Origin: a virus
Lineage: Duplodnaviria; Caudoviricetes
IMG/VR virus record: IMGVR_UViG_3300026522_000028
Span: 12,181 to 76,180 of that record
Strand: one strand, 5' to 3'
Length of the DNA stretch: 64,000 nt
Shown here: piece after piece, positions 45,611 to 55,930 of the stretch
Numbering within the stretch: position 1 is the first letter of the stretch
Layout: each line of letters opens with the position of its first letter
The notes under the pieces: model-generated
Seen by the model: only the letters and a program-made list of their open reading frames with translations
Told to the model about the DNA's origin: nothing
Database searches by the model: none
Position numbers and translations under genes: made by a program

Positions 45611-46792
45611 ATGGAAAGTTCATTGAAATTCATCGATCTATTTTCTGGAGCAGGTGGTCTGTCCGAAGGACTTACGAACGCAGGCTTCCACAGTCTATTT
45701 GCATCAGAGATTGTACCTGTGTATGCTCAGACCTATCAGAAAAACCACGCAGATACAGAGGTATGCGTGGATGATATTCGAGGAGTTGACGCAGAGAAAA
45801 TCAGGGACGGCCTCGGACTAGCACGAGGAGAACTAGACCTGATTGCAGGTGGGCCACCGTGTCAGGGATTCTCCATCAATGCCCCGATCCGCAGTACCTC
45901 CGACAAACGAAACCATTTATTCAAAGAGTTCCTTCGCTTCGTCGATGCCTTTGCTCCGAGAGCAATCCTCATCGAGAATGTGCCGGGGCTGGTATCGTTC
46001 GAGCATGGTGCTACGCTGCATGCAATCCTAGATTCATTGGGAGCGCTGGGCTACGGAGCTGGGGTGCAGATTCTCGGCGCTGCATACTACGGAGTTCCGC
46101 AGATGCGCTGGAGAACCATCGTACTCGGCGTAAGGGAACGAGAGCTGCCAGTTGAGGCATATCCAGTTCCAATTTGCCACGCTCCGATAAGACCGAACTT
46201 CGCATCGACATTCGATGGAAAGACCATCGTCCGCACGCCGTCATCGGAATCGAGCGCAAACTTCACAACGGTAAAAGATGCTATCGGCGATCTCCCACCG
46301 TTGAAGAGTGGTGAACGCGGAGAGGAGTTCAAGGCATATCCAGTCGAGCCGCAATGCGATTATCAAAGACGCATGCGCCGTGGATGCGCTGGGGTTTACA
46401 ATCATGAAGCTCCGATGCTTTCAAAGATTAACATGGAACGTCTGAAATACATCAAGCCCGGCGGCAACTGGACAGACATTCCGTTCGACCTGCTTCCGAA
46501 GGGAATGCAAAAAGCCAGACGTTCCGACCATACGAAACGCTATGGCCGCGTTACTCCCGATGGTTTGGCTTCGACAATAATGACGAAGTGCGACCCGCAT
46601 TGGGGAGCTTTCTTCCACTACGAACAGGATAGGTCATTCACCGTGAGAGAGGCTGCGAGAATCCAGTCTTTCCCAGACCACTTCGTATTCACGGGAAATC
46701 AGGCAGAGCAATTCGCGCAGGTTGGCAATGCCGTACCACCGCTACTCGCTGAGTCAGTTGGTCTTTCCTTGCGTTCCGTGCTGGAGGCATGA
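45611..46792 (+). CDS. dcm: DNA (cytosine-5) methyltransferase
   Basis: DLFSGAGG, GGPPCQGFS, IENV, QMRWR, VREAARIQSFPD, QVGNAVPP. Confidence 0.95.
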   Translation: MESSLKFIDLFSGAGGLSEGLTNAGFHSLFASEIVPVYAQTYQKNHADTEVCVDDIRGVDAEKIRDGLGLARGELDLIAGGPPCQGFSINAPIRSTSDKRNHLFKEFLRFVDAFAPRAILIENVPGLVSFEHGATLHAILDSLGALGYGAGVQILGAAYYGVPQMRWRTIVLGVRERELPVEAYPVPICHAPIRPNFASTFDGKTIVRTPSSESSANFTTVKDAIGDLPPLKSGERGEEFKAYPVEPQCDYQRRMRRGCAGVYNHEAPMLSKINMERLKYIKPGGNWTDIPFDLLPKGMQKARRSDHTKRYGRVTPDGLASTIMTKCDPHWGAFFHYEQDRSFTVREAARIQSFPDHFVFTGNQAEQFAQVGNAVPPLLAESVGLSLRSVLEA

Positions 46793-46793
46793 C

Positions 46794-47699
46794 ATGTCAG
46801 GATATATCTATGAAATATTTGGCTACCGTGTCAACGACGAATCCGATGTAGCTCGGTCGTATGCGGCGAAAAAAGTATGCCCATTCCTAGGAACACAATG
46901 CACCAAGGTTTTGTCGAGAGATCGCACAATAGCCGGCGTTTGTTCTGTGCATCAAAAAAAGGACAAGACTCCTGTCATCTGCTGTCCTATTCGGATGTAC
47001 GCAGATGACTATGCTATGCTTCGTCGCATTGCAAACATCGCTTTTCGCCGTGATCTTCCGCTATTCTCTGGCCGTCTCGCAGTTTCAGAAGCGCGGAAGA
47101 ACAACGGAGCTATCGCCGTGTTCGGTCACGGATGGGGAGGAGAACTTCGGCTGCCGAACAGAAACGGTGCTGGGTCATATTTCGTTGATTGGATTCTGGC
47201 ACGCCTTGACGAACGAGGTCGGCTCGAAGACTTCACAGCAATCGAGGTGCAGACCGTAGATACAACGGGGAGTTATCGAAGAGCACGCGAGGAAGCTATC
47301 GAGCATCGACAATCCATCCCTGACACCCTCGGACTGAACTGGGAGAACGTGTCGAAACGAATCCTCCCGCAGCTCATCTATAAAGGACAGGTTCTACAGC
47401 GGGAGGAACTATGTCGCACGGGGCTTTTCTTTGTATGCCCATCGCCTGTCTTTGCTCGTGTCCTGAATCGACTGGGAGGCAAAGACAACCTTCCTATTTT
47501 CCCGATGCAGCCAGCTTCGATCAACTTCGTTAACTATGATTATCTTAGAGAGCCGACGAAGGATGGCTGTGTTCTTCCTCTTGGAATCATCGAGCAGCAT
47601 TCGACCACCGTTTATAAAATACAAGAGGCATTTTCTTCGGTTAGTCTACCAAATGGCAATGTATATCGCGACGCCATCATGAAAGCCCTCTATGAATAA
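46794..47699 (+). CDS. NotI-family restriction endonuclease
   Basis: Cys4 pattern CPF..C..GVCS..CCP.R; AIEVQTVDTTGSY; NWENVSKRILPQLIYKG. Confidence 0.8.
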   Translation: MSGYIYEIFGYRVNDESDVARSYAAKKVCPFLGTQCTKVLSRDRTIAGVCSVHQKKDKTPVICCPIRMYADDYAMLRRIANIAFRRDLPLFSGRLAVSEARKNNGAIAVFGHGWGGELRLPNRNGAGSYFVDWILARLDERGRLEDFTAIEVQTVDTTGSYRRAREEAIEHRQSIPDTLGLNWENVSKRILPQLIYKGQVLQREELCRTGLFFVCPSPVFARVLNRLGGKDNLPIFPMQPASINFVNYDYLREPTKDGCVLPLGIIEQHSTTVYKIQEAFSSVSLPNGNVYRDAIMKALYE

Positions 47700-47741
47700 A
47701 AAACGACCCTCTCAGATTCGCTCTGAGGGGGTTCATTGTTG
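47696..47741. terminator. Bidirectional terminator between convergent genes
   Basis: ACCCTCTCAGA-ttcgc-TCTGAGGGGGT with an upstream A-tract. Confidence 0.7.
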
Positions 47742-47753
47742 TTGCGCGATAAC

Positions 47754-48080
47754 TTATACCTGTGGCTTTTTGATGGGAGAACACAGCCAGCTCTTTCCAC
47801 CCTTGGTAGCAATGATCTGGTCGTTGCTCCACATGATTTCATAGCCTGCTGCGCTGAGAAGTTCATCGAGGGAATCATTGGAAGTTACAATGAGGTTCAC
47901 ACCGAGCACATCGGCCAGCTTGTCAATCACAGTATTGTCTTTTGGTAGTACCCCGTTTTCGTATCCGCTGATAGCACGCTGTCGGGTATCCAGCTTCTTC
48001 GCCAAGTCTCTTTGCGACAGTCCAAGCTCGGTTCGTTTTACTCGGATTGCATTTGCAAATTCAGTAAGAAAGTCTGACAT
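47754..48080 (-). CDS. XRE-family HTH regulator
   Basis: IRVKRTELGLSQRDLAKKLDTRQRAISGYENG. Confidence 0.88.
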   Translation of the reverse strand: MSDFLTEFANAIRVKRTELGLSQRDLAKKLDTRQRAISGYENGVLPKDNTVIDKLADVLGVNLIVTSNDSLDELLSAAGYEIMWSNDQIIATKGGKSWLCSPIKKPQV

Positions 48081-48294
48081 GGTTATCCTTTGCCTCCACT
48101 ATTAGATTGAATCCCAGAATATCACAGATGGCGATGAACTCATCGAGCTTCAATGTACCGTGCTTTATCTTGTAGGAAAACGCCTGACGTGTATAGCTCG
48201 TCCCAGCTCTTTCGTTGTAGTCATTGACTAGTTTGACGATGGTATATTTACGGGTCGAAAGCATTACCTTTATCGTCTTCTCGATGTCCTTCAT
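48061..48294 (-). CDS. Small HTH regulator
   Basis: TRQAFSYKIKHGTLKLDEFIAICDILGF; preceded by a TGTATAAT extended -10. Confidence 0.7.
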   Translation of the reverse strand: MKDIEKTIKVMLSTRKYTIVKLVNDYNERAGTSYTRQAFSYKIKHGTLKLDEFIAICDILGFNLIVEAKDNHVRLSY

Positions 48295-48322
48295 GATATT
48301 CCCTCCTGATACCATTATACAC

Positions 48323-48352
48323 TAAAAAAGCCACGGCGTAAACCGTAGCTTT
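48323..48352 (-). terminator. Intrinsic terminator
   Basis: AGCTACGG-tttacg-CCGTGGCT followed by a T-run. Confidence 0.75.
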
Positions 48353-48357
48353 TCTTT

Positions 48358-48903
48358 TTAGTTGTTCATCGACTTCCTCTGACATTTATTACAGAGGCAG
48401 CAGACTACATGGCAGTCTGGGAAACGCTCGTCGAGGTATTCAGGGATGCGGCAATGCTTTCCGTTCTTCTTCATCGCGTCCATCGGGTATTCCACTTTGA
48501 CCGCTGGCGTCCCAGCATCGTACTGCGGAGGCGTCTGGTGGAGGGCATCGTAGATTCCCTCGGCATATCGACGGATAGTCCCGATTCTTTTTCCGATAGC
48601 CTGATGGGAGATGCCGAATCGTTCGCCGATTTCCTCCTGCGTTCTTCCATCGGCAATCATCACGAGGATTTCCCAGTTGTCCGACGAGAGATGCATGCGG
48701 AGTTCCTTGAGCGCAGCCGTGAGTTCGTCGTGGCGCTCGGCTTCTACGATGATGTCCAGCGGATCGCGAGGGAGCTTCGCATAATCCTCGGGCATCGGCT
48801 TCGAGTTCTCTTTCCAATCCAAGAAGTCCAGTCGATTCAACGTGTTCGTGAGGTCTACGAGGCCGTCATTGTAATCATCAATGAGCTGCTTCAAGTAATC
48901 CAT
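48358..48903 (-). CDS. Sigma-70 region 4-like HTH protein (candidate late activator)
   Basis: GRTQEEIGERFGISHQAIGKRI. Confidence 0.75.
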   Translation of the reverse strand: MDYLKQLIDDYNDGLVDLTNTLNRLDFLDWKENSKPMPEDYAKLPRDPLDIIVEAERHDELTAALKELRMHLSSDNWEILVMIADGRTQEEIGERFGISHQAIGKRIGTIRRYAEGIYDALHQTPPQYDAGTPAVKVEYPMDAMKKNGKHCRIPEYLDERFPDCHVVCCLCNKCQRKSMNN

Positions 48904-49193
48904 CAGACCATCACCGCTTTCTGGATGGTTTCGAGCTTGTACCTCGATGTCTCGAAGCGCATGATGTAGCCAATCTTGCTGCCGAAGAACTTACAGTTCA
49001 AAATCGTAGAGCCATCGGGAAGCCGACGTTTCCCCACGTCTTTTCTCCCCGGCTCATCCTTGTCCTCGATGTAGCGCACGTCGCGTGAATACTGGGAGAG
49101 CGTTCGGAATAACCGTGCCTTGTCCTCTGTCTCGATGGTGAGGCGATAGAAATCGCCATCGTCATTGAGATCGACGAGCATGGTTACGATCAA
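48903..49193 (-). CDS. Hypothetical protein
   Basis: Translationally coupled ORF. Confidence 0.65.
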   Translation of the reverse strand: MIVTMLVDLNDDGDFYRLTIETEDKARLFRTLSQYSRDVRYIEDKDEPGRKDVGKRRLPDGSTILNCKFFGSKIGYIMRFETSRYKLETIQKAVMV

Positions 49194-49612
49194 TCGCCTG
49201 TGCTCCCGAAGCCGCCACGGGATAACTCATGGAGCTTTTCGACGGTATGCGTGATAACATCATCGTCCATCGTCGGGACAATACGGAACTGTGCAATGCG
49301 TGCCCCACGACGAATCATCACATCGCGGGTAGCGTAGACGGGCATTGCCCATTCGTCGTCATCGCCGGAGTAGCCGTTGTCGATGATTCCGACACCGTTC
49401 GTCTGGATGATTCCGTACTTGCGGAACGTACTGCTGCGGGGAACGAGGTGCGCTTCGTAATCTGCTGGCAGTTTCATCGCAACACCGAGAGGAATCTGCG
49501 TGTAGTCCCCAGCACGCAGCGACACATCCTCGGCTGCTTTGAGATCGATCCAGTCGCCGTGGCGCTCCACCTTGCAATTGTCATTGAAATATTTTACCTT
49601 GATAACTTTCAT
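49190..49612 (-). CDS. dut: Trimeric dUTPase
   Basis: DWIDL, PRSS, GIIDNGYSG, RIAQ, RGGFGSTG. Confidence 0.95.
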   Translation of the reverse strand: MKVIKVKYFNDNCKVERHGDWIDLKAAEDVSLRAGDYTQIPLGVAMKLPADYEAHLVPRSSTFRKYGIIQTNGVGIIDNGYSGDDDEWAMPVYATRDVMIRRGARIAQFRIVPTMDDDVITHTVEKLHELSRGGFGSTGD

Positions 49613-49615
49613 TTA

Positions 49616-50203
49616 TTACTCCTCCGTGATTCCGAGGGCATCAGCATACGGGAGCTGCTTGATGAACTCGCCGCAGAACTGACGCCACTCGATGAGTCGA
49701 TGGCTGTGCCGCTGATAATACATCGTCTTGAGCTGCGCGTAGTTCGTCGCAATACCAGCAGCGATGCACATGCCCTCTGGCAGATTCGCTTTGGCACGCT
49801 GGAGATTTTCGAGCGACGGGTCTGCCCTGTACTTATCGACGTACTCCGAGAAGACTTCGACAATGCGCGGGTCAACGTACTCATTCATGAGGTCTTTGTA
49901 CGGCAGCGACTTCGCCTTGTGCATCGTGGACTGGCTGTCTTTGACAGTGAATCCGTAGGTATCGAACTCCGTCCACCAGTAGCGCGGGGCCAGTACATCG
50001 AACGACACGAAAATCTGACGGAGGAACTTGTCATCCCCGTGTCCGTGCGGCGTATGGCCGAGGGTATTCCCCAGCTTCAGCAGGTCATCGACGCTGCGCG
50101 TGTCCAAGTCCATCCGCTGATTCACCACATCCATCATCGGATAGCGTGCGCGGATCAGCGCCTCTTTGATACCGTAGACATTCACATTGAAAACCTTAAT
50201 CAT
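49616..50203 (-). CDS. ThyX-like fold protein
   Basis: KFLRQIFVSFDVLAPRYWW.EFDTY..SQSTMH; lies in the nucleotide-metabolism cluster. Confidence 0.55.
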   Translation of the reverse strand: MIKVFNVNVYGIKEALIRARYPMMDVVNQRMDLDTRSVDDLLKLGNTLGHTPHGHGDDKFLRQIFVSFDVLAPRYWWTEFDTYGFTVKDSQSTMHKAKSLPYKDLMNEYVDPRIVEVFSEYVDKYRADPSLENLQRAKANLPEGMCIAAGIATNYAQLKTMYYQRHSHRLIEWRQFCGEFIKQLPYADALGITEE

Positions 50204-50493
50204 TTACTTCGTCCTTTCCTCCGTGTTGCGAGGAGGTACTTCGCTTTCCCCCACGCTGCCGCATCCGCACCCTTCGCCAGATCGAATCCCGTGTCCCCTT
50301 TGAATCCACGGTACAGATCGGCGAACACCACCGTCTCTGCGATGTCAGGATGCTGCTCCTGTAACTCCACAAGTTCCTTCGCCCGCTTCGACCACTCGGC
50401 GTCGCTGATGATGTTGTCATTGAGCTCGTAGTAGATGATGCTATGAACCATCAGCGAGAGCCGCAGCTGCTTGATTCTATCAGCGATTACCAT
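50200..50493 (-). CDS. Stand-alone NAD-ligase N-terminal (domain Ia)-like protein
   Basis: HSIIYYELNDNIISDAEW...LQEQHPD. Confidence 0.7.
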   Translation of the reverse strand: MVIADRIKQLRLSLMVHSIIYYELNDNIISDAEWSKRAKELVELQEQHPDIAETVVFADLYRGFKGDTGFDLAKGADAAAWGKAKYLLATRRKGRSK

Positions 50494-50713
50494 TGACTTT
50501 CACGACGCGGTTTGCCTCGTACCAATGGTTGTCCTCATCGTACACGCCGAAGTCAACGCACACGCGAGAGCGAACCCGGCCATCGTCATCGTAGAACTGA
50601 CGGAGCGCGACGATGGTTCCTCTAGCATGCGCCTCGTATTTGTCGAGGTAACGGCTAAGAGCAATCACCGTATCGCAAATGTCCAATGTATTCCCTGCAA
50701 GGTCGGTAATCAT
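50480..50713 (-). CDS. Hypothetical protein
   Basis: Coupled ORF with RBS. Confidence 0.6.
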   Translation of the reverse strand: MITDLAGNTLDICDTVIALSRYLDKYEAHARGTIVALRQFYDDDGRVRSRVCVDFGVYDEDNHWYEANRVVKVNGNR

Positions 50714-51055
50714 TCCTCGTCCTCCTTCATCCAGTCCATGAAATACTTGAACGTCTTGTACTCACCATCGGAGCGGCCCCAGCTATACATTGTGATGCCA
50801 ATGATAGCCGCTGCAAAAACCATCAAAAAATCATTCATATCGATAATACCCACCCTGACCCACGGCTGACCGCCGTACACACGTTGTTCACTTAGATTCT
50901 CGGATCGTTCGGATCGTACTCTTGGCACTCGGCCTCATCGTAGTCGATCTCTGCCCATCCATTGTCGATTTCTTCTTCGGCTTTCTCGAATGCGTCCCAC
51001 TCGTCGCATGCAGAAACAACGACGGTTCCGTGGAAACTTACGACGTATGGCTTCG

Positions 51056-51247
51056 TCACAGGAACAACGCCCCCACCATGACGCCGATGAGCGCAACGAG
51101 AACGAGGATGTATGCACCGAAGAACATCTTCGTCACGCGGATTCCTTCTTTGTCATTGGGGTCATCCGTGATCTTGCCCCCGACGTGACTCGCGATGAAT
51201 CCCCAGACGGCCATCGCAAACAGAATACCAGCTAAGAAATTCACCAC
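51056..51247 (-). CDS. Small membrane protein
   Basis: Two hydrophobic segments. Confidence 0.6.
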   Translation of the reverse strand: MVNFLAGILFAMAVWGFIASHVGGKITDDPNDKEGIRVTKMFFGAYILVLVALIGVMVGALFL

Positions 51248-51378
51248 TTACTCTTCCTCCACTTTATCTACGGTGATCGTTGCCAGACCTTTTTCGATAG
51301 CGTCGGCGAGGAGACTGACTGCCTCCTCTTTGCTATCGGCGTCGATCAGCGTGTCACCATGAAATTCGATGTAAAACA

Positions 51379-51843
51379 TCAGTCGATTGCCTCCCATAAA
51401 CCATCGTCCATCCTCTTGAACATTCCCTGATTCAACGAACCACGGAAGGGAAGCTCCGTCGTATGCTGTCCATCAACATAAACATCATCAATGATATAAT
51501 CGAAGTTCGATAAATCGTAGGAGTCGAGCAATTCGTCGATGATGTACCCCGTATACATCGTAGTTGTAAGCCCGTGATTCTTTGCCCACGCTGCAATCTC
51601 ATCGACTGCATTGAATTGCATCGCCGGATCGCCGCCAGAGAACGTGACGCCATTGATGAATCCGAGGTACGGCTCAATCATCTTTTCAACGTCTTCGACG
51701 GAAACCTCTTTGCCACCATCAGGATTCCACGTCGAGGGATTCTGGCAGTTCACGCAATGATGCGGACACCCTTGCGTGAAAACCACAGCATTTATGCCGA
51801 CACCATCGAAGAGAGACGTTGGACGGAACCCTGCAATCCTCAT
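51379..51843 (-). CDS. nrdG: Anaerobic RNR activase
   Basis: GCPHHCVNCQNP radical-SAM motif; GVTFSGGDP; FRGSLNQ. Confidence 0.93.
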   Translation of the reverse strand: MRIAGFRPTSLFDGVGINAVVFTQGCPHHCVNCQNPSTWNPDGGKEVSVEDVEKMIEPYLGFINGVTFSGGDPAMQFNAVDEIAAWAKNHGLTTTMYTGYIIDELLDSYDLSNFDYIIDDVYVDGQHTTELPFRGSLNQGMFKRMDDGLWEAID

Positions 51844-53891
51844 AATGCGCCGCCTCCTGCATGGGAAACACGGTCGGCTGCTTCGGCCTGCTTGCCGAGA
51901 TTGAAGCGATCGATAGTTGAGAGATACCCTGTGATGATTTTCACGACGCGAATGTTTTTACTTCCGCATTTCGGGCAAGCGCCATCGAACGTTCCCATGT
52001 AGCCGCAGTCTTTACAGAAGTCGTTCTCATAGTTCAAACCGCCGTATACAATGCCACTCTTCGCCATATAGCGAAGCACCTTCAGTACACCATCGGGATT
52101 GAACTTCGGAGAAGACGGGAGCTCGATGTAAAAAATCGCGCCCGCATTGCAGAGCAGGTGGTACGGCGCTTCCACGTCGATCTTCTTCTTCATATCGCAA
52201 TGGAACGACACGGGCAGATGGAAGGAGTTCGTGAGATATTCCTTGTCCGTGATACCCTTGATGATACCGAAGCGTTTCACAATAGCATTCCGCAGCGTGT
52301 AACAAGCGGATTCTGCTGGAGTTGCGAACGTCGAGAAATTCAGATGGTACTTCTTCGTTGCTTCATCGGTAGCCTGACGGATGCTCTTGATGATTTCAAG
52401 GCCGAGCTCCTGTGATTCTTCTCGTTCGCCGTGGTGGTGGCCCGTGAGAACCATGAGAGTTTCCGCAAGGCCAATGAAGCCAACCGACAGAGAGCCGTTA
52501 CGAATCATCGGTTCAATGCAATCCTCGTCCTTCAGGTTTTCGCTGCCCTGATACCACGAAGCAACAAACGGCACATCCTTCTTCCGCAGGTGTGCGATGA
52601 CCTCGTAGCGATTGTACAGCTCCTCGATAGCATCTTGTGTAGCCTGGCGCAGAATTTCGTAGAACTTGTCAACGTCACCGTCTGCCTCCAGCGCGAACAT
52701 CGGAAGATTCATCGTGACGAATGCAAGATTGCCGCGAGCTTCAGGTGTAGCATCGCCGTTGACATTCGTGCGAACCGCCGTGCGGCAGCCCATCGTTCCC
52801 GCATTCCATTTGTCGGGATACGCAGGGCTATCACAGAACACGAAACGCGGCTGGATGCGATGGCCCATGCATTTGACAGCTGCCTGTGTGATGTCAAAGT
52901 TCGGTTCGCCGGGATGCAGGTTGATGCCGTCCTGCAAACGATAGCAGAGGTTCGGGAAAATCGGGTTTTCGCCGTGACCGAGGCCCGCATCGTAAGCCTT
53001 GAACAGATTCAGCGAAATCATCCGCGCTTCTTTCGACGTATCCGTGCCGAAATTCAGAGAGGTAAACGGAACCTGTGCGCCGCTGCGGGAGCGCATGGTA
53101 TTCAGGTTGTAGACCAGCGCCTCCATCGCCTGATACGTCGCTTCGTCTGTGAGTTTCCATGCGAGAGCATCGGCTTCCTCAAAGGTCAGGCTCGGATTCA
53201 CACGATGAATCTGCTGGAATTGCCATTCATTTTCCTTCGTGACATACGGCGCAAGGTCGGTGTCAAAATGGAGGATTCCCTGCCCACCGAACATGTCGTT
53301 CTGCATGGACTGGAGGATGATGCAAGTGAGTGCCGCTGCCGTGCCAATGCGTCTCGGCGAACGAATCGTGCCAACCCCATTGTCGAAACCATGCTTCAGC
53401 ATTTTGCCGAGCGGCGAGAAGAAGCAGTTGAACGTAAGGTTGCGATACCCAAGATCGTGAATGTAGATACGTCCGAGCTTATGATTCCTTGCCGCCGTTG
53501 CGTCAATGTTCTTCAGATAAAAATCCTTCGACGCAGCCTCGGCGATACCATACATCTTCGATGCTGGGCTGTTGCCCGTATTGGCATTGTCGTGGTTCAT
53601 CTCATGGATCAGCGATGCCGTCTTCTTCATCAGCGTACTGTTGGCCTCACGAACCTCCGTGCGCTTCTGGCGATAGAGAATATAGGCTTTCGCAACGACT
53701 GGCGCTGCTTTCATCAGATGGCGTTCGACCTCATCATGAATCTCATCGACCGTCACCATATCTTTTCCCTTGAAAGAAACCTTGATCGTCGGCGGGTTTA
53801 CGCCGACCTCATCGGCAGCACCTTTGACCGCTACTTTGATTTTCTCGTAGTCGTACTCCTCGATACGACCATCGCGCTTCAGTACCTTCAA
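51840..53891 (-). CDS. nrdD: Anaerobic ribonucleoside-triphosphate reductase
   Basis: ATP cone, IFPNL, MGCR, GNLAFVTMN, ATPAES, C-terminal Zn finger and ITGYL. Confidence 0.95.
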   Translation of the reverse strand: MKVLKRDGRIEEYDYEKIKVAVKGAADEVGVNPPTIKVSFKGKDMVTVDEIHDEVERHLMKAAPVVAKAYILYRQKRTEVREANSTLMKKTASLIHEMNHDNANTGNSPASKMYGIAEAASKDFYLKNIDATAARNHKLGRIYIHDLGYRNLTFNCFFSPLGKMLKHGFDNGVGTIRSPRRIGTAAALTCIILQSMQNDMFGGQGILHFDTDLAPYVTKENEWQFQQIHRVNPSLTFEEADALAWKLTDEATYQAMEALVYNLNTMRSRSGAQVPFTSLNFGTDTSKEARMISLNLFKAYDAGLGHGENPIFPNLCYRLQDGINLHPGEPNFDITQAAVKCMGHRIQPRFVFCDSPAYPDKWNAGTMGCRTAVRTNVNGDATPEARGNLAFVTMNLPMFALEADGDVDKFYEILRQATQDAIEELYNRYEVIAHLRKKDVPFVASWYQGSENLKDEDCIEPMIRNGSLSVGFIGLAETLMVLTGHHHGEREESQELGLEIIKSIRQATDEATKKYHLNFSTFATPAESACYTLRNAIVKRFGIIKGITDKEYLTNSFHLPVSFHCDMKKKIDVEAPYHLLCNAGAIFYIELPSSPKFNPDGVLKVLRYMAKSGIVYGGLNYENDFCKDCGYMGTFDGACPKCGSKNIRVVKIITGYLSTIDRFNLGKQAEAADRVSHAGGGAL

Positions 53892-53933
53892 TGAATCACT
53901 CCTTATATTTCCGGCGTTGTAAAAAATTAAAAA

Positions 53934-54719
53934 TTATTCCGCCCAAGTTGCAAAAATAGTGTGGATAGATATTTCATCGACTTCTTCTTTTGGAAACAGA
54001 TAATTAAGGAGAGCGCGGATATTTTCGTCCATTTGCTCTTGTGTATATTTCGGCTTCTCATACGGCATCATCACCGAATAACCGATATATACCATGTCCT
54101 CTGGTCCAGAGATAATCTCAACGTCTTTTGCTTTCTCGGGGAAACCATCGGGAAGTTCGTCAAAACGGCCATCTTTAACCAGTTCTGCGACCTCATAGAC
54201 ATTCAAATCAAATTCATCTACGCCGAATTCATGACGCATTAACATATAGTCAAGATCGACCTCTGTACCATACAGATGTACAAGATGTGCAGCATACCAA
54301 TCCATACTCTTGACACTCCCATATTTCCAGCCGTCCGACGATTCATCGAAGTGCCGAACAACAACGTCTACACGCGGATTCTCACGGTCTACATCGTAGT
54401 CAATGTATCGCAGGAGAGCTTTGCAATCGTCAAGATATGCGCCGCCATGCTCCAAAGCATCAGCCAGCGCTTTCGACAGATTATTTGTGTCCCTCCTGCG
54501 CTTGTCCCGCCAGAACGTGTTGACCTCCACGACTACTTTGCAGTCCGTCGTTTCCCAATGCTGCTTCGCAATCTCGTCACGGATAATCGCCTCGGCTTCA
54601 GCGAACCACTCTCGGCCACGCTTAGTGCGTATCTGTTTTCCCCATCGTGTCCGCAGGTAAAGAGCATTGACAGACACAGGGACAGGCAGGGAAAGCCGCA
54701 GCATGTCAGTCGTTTTCAA
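53934..54719 (-). CDS. rusA: RusA Holliday junction resolvase with an in-frame acidic C-terminal extension
   Basis: PVSVN, RDTNN..KALADAL, DD, NPRV motifs in the first ~130 aa. Confidence 0.8.
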   Translation of the reverse strand: MKTTDMLRLSLPVPVSVNALYLRTRWGKQIRTKRGREWFAEAEAIIRDEIAKQHWETTDCKVVVEVNTFWRDKRRRDTNNLSKALADALEHGGAYLDDCKALLRYIDYDVDRENPRVDVVVRHFDESSDGWKYGSVKSMDWYAAHLVHLYGTEVDLDYMLMRHEFGVDEFDLNVYEVAELVKDGRFDELPDGFPEKAKDVEIISGPEDMVYIGYSVMMPYEKPKYTQEQMDENIRALLNYLFPKEEVDEISIHTIFATWAE

Positions 54720-54881
54720 TGACCTCCGTGATTTCGCTCATGCATTCGGCGGCGAAATTGATGCGGTCTTTGTTCTCCGACGTAAGGCTATCATCGTACA
54801 GGATGTCCGCAAGCATCTGTGCTTCCTCCACCGTGAGAGCGATGCGTACTTCGCGCTCCTTCGGCTTCGATGCCGTCACCT

Positions 54882-55427
54882 TCAATGGGCCAGCACCTCG
54901 CGGAACGACGCAGCTTTCTTCTCTGCCTCTTCCTTAGTCTTGAAGCAGTTACCCGCTGCGACCAGCTTCTTTTCGTAGGTGTAGTCATCGTATGTTTCAG
55001 CGCACACAGTACCGTCTGTGTCCACGCTGTAGTACGTATCGCCGACCTGCGGGAACTTCTTCTTCGCGAGGTAACGCTGGAGTGCCAGCGATGCACCCTT
55101 GACGAGATCGAAGTCATCCTCGGGAGAACACTTCGCAATGCCGCTTTTTTTGCCATCGGTAACTTTCACTGTTCTGCCGTCGATAACGAGCGCAAGGGTT
55201 TTGTACGCGGTGTTCTTCGCAAGCATCGAGAGTGCCGTGTCATCGTCGGACTCAATCTTCTCGATGTCTTTGTCCGCGACAAGCTGCGGAATGTTATCGT
55301 CCTCCATCAGGATTACGATATTGTCGAACACCGAACCAGCAACGAATCCCGTGTCACCGACCTTGTACGAACCGAGGACGGATTCATCGTCAACAATTTT
55401 CACATGATCGCCAATCTTGAATTTCAA
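54882..55427 (-). CDS. Hypothetical protein
   Basis: GIAKCSPEDDFDLVKG; RBS. Confidence 0.65.
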   Translation of the reverse strand: MKFKIGDHVKIVDDESVLGSYKVGDTGFVAGSVFDNIVILMEDDNIPQLVADKDIEKIESDDDTALSMLAKNTAYKTLALVIDGRTVKVTDGKKSGIAKCSPEDDFDLVKGASLALQRYLAKKKFPQVGDTYYSVDTDGTVCAETYDDYTYEKKLVAAGNCFKTKEEAEKKAASFREVLAH

Positions 55428-55441
55428 ATAGCAACACTCCT

Positions 55442-55930
55442 TTAGTCTTTGCGAGGGTCAATGACTTTGCCCGCACGGGCCTGCATTAGCCAATCCGCGT
55501 ACCGTTCAAACTTTACCTTGTCCTTCTCTGTGGACTCGCCTTGCTTTCTTCCTGCGCGATACCCATACTTGATGCAGTTGCCTGCGAGGAATCCACAGAA
55601 CTCCTCCCGGGTCATCACCGCCTGCATGATTTCCAGCGGTTGAATCGCACCAGCATAGTGCTCCGCGAAGTATTTGTCTGGCGCTGGCGGCGTTTCATCC
55701 GCTGGCGTCAATGCCACTCCATGACTCCTATCCAAGAATCCTCTGCATACCTCCTCGATTTCTCGGCGGTGATATTCCATGTCATATCCGCAGTCAAACG
55801 ATACCAGCGGACATCCATCGCATCTATCGCCGTAATGAACGCAGATGCCATCACGGGCTCTGCTGATGTCACAGTCACTCAAAGGTGTGGACGCTGGCTG
55901 CGTCGGTCGCGGCGGTCGTTTGCTACTCAT
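55442..55930 (-). CDS. DUF3310-like protein
   Basis: HYAGAIQPLEIM...GFLAGNCIKYGYRAGRK. Confidence 0.75.
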   Translation of the reverse strand: MSSKRPPRPTQPASTPLSDCDISRARDGICVHYGDRCDGCPLVSFDCGYDMEYHRREIEEVCRGFLDRSHGVALTPADETPPAPDKYFAEHYAGAIQPLEIMQAVMTREEFCGFLAGNCIKYGYRAGRKQGESTEKDKVKFERYADWLMQARAGKVIDPRKD

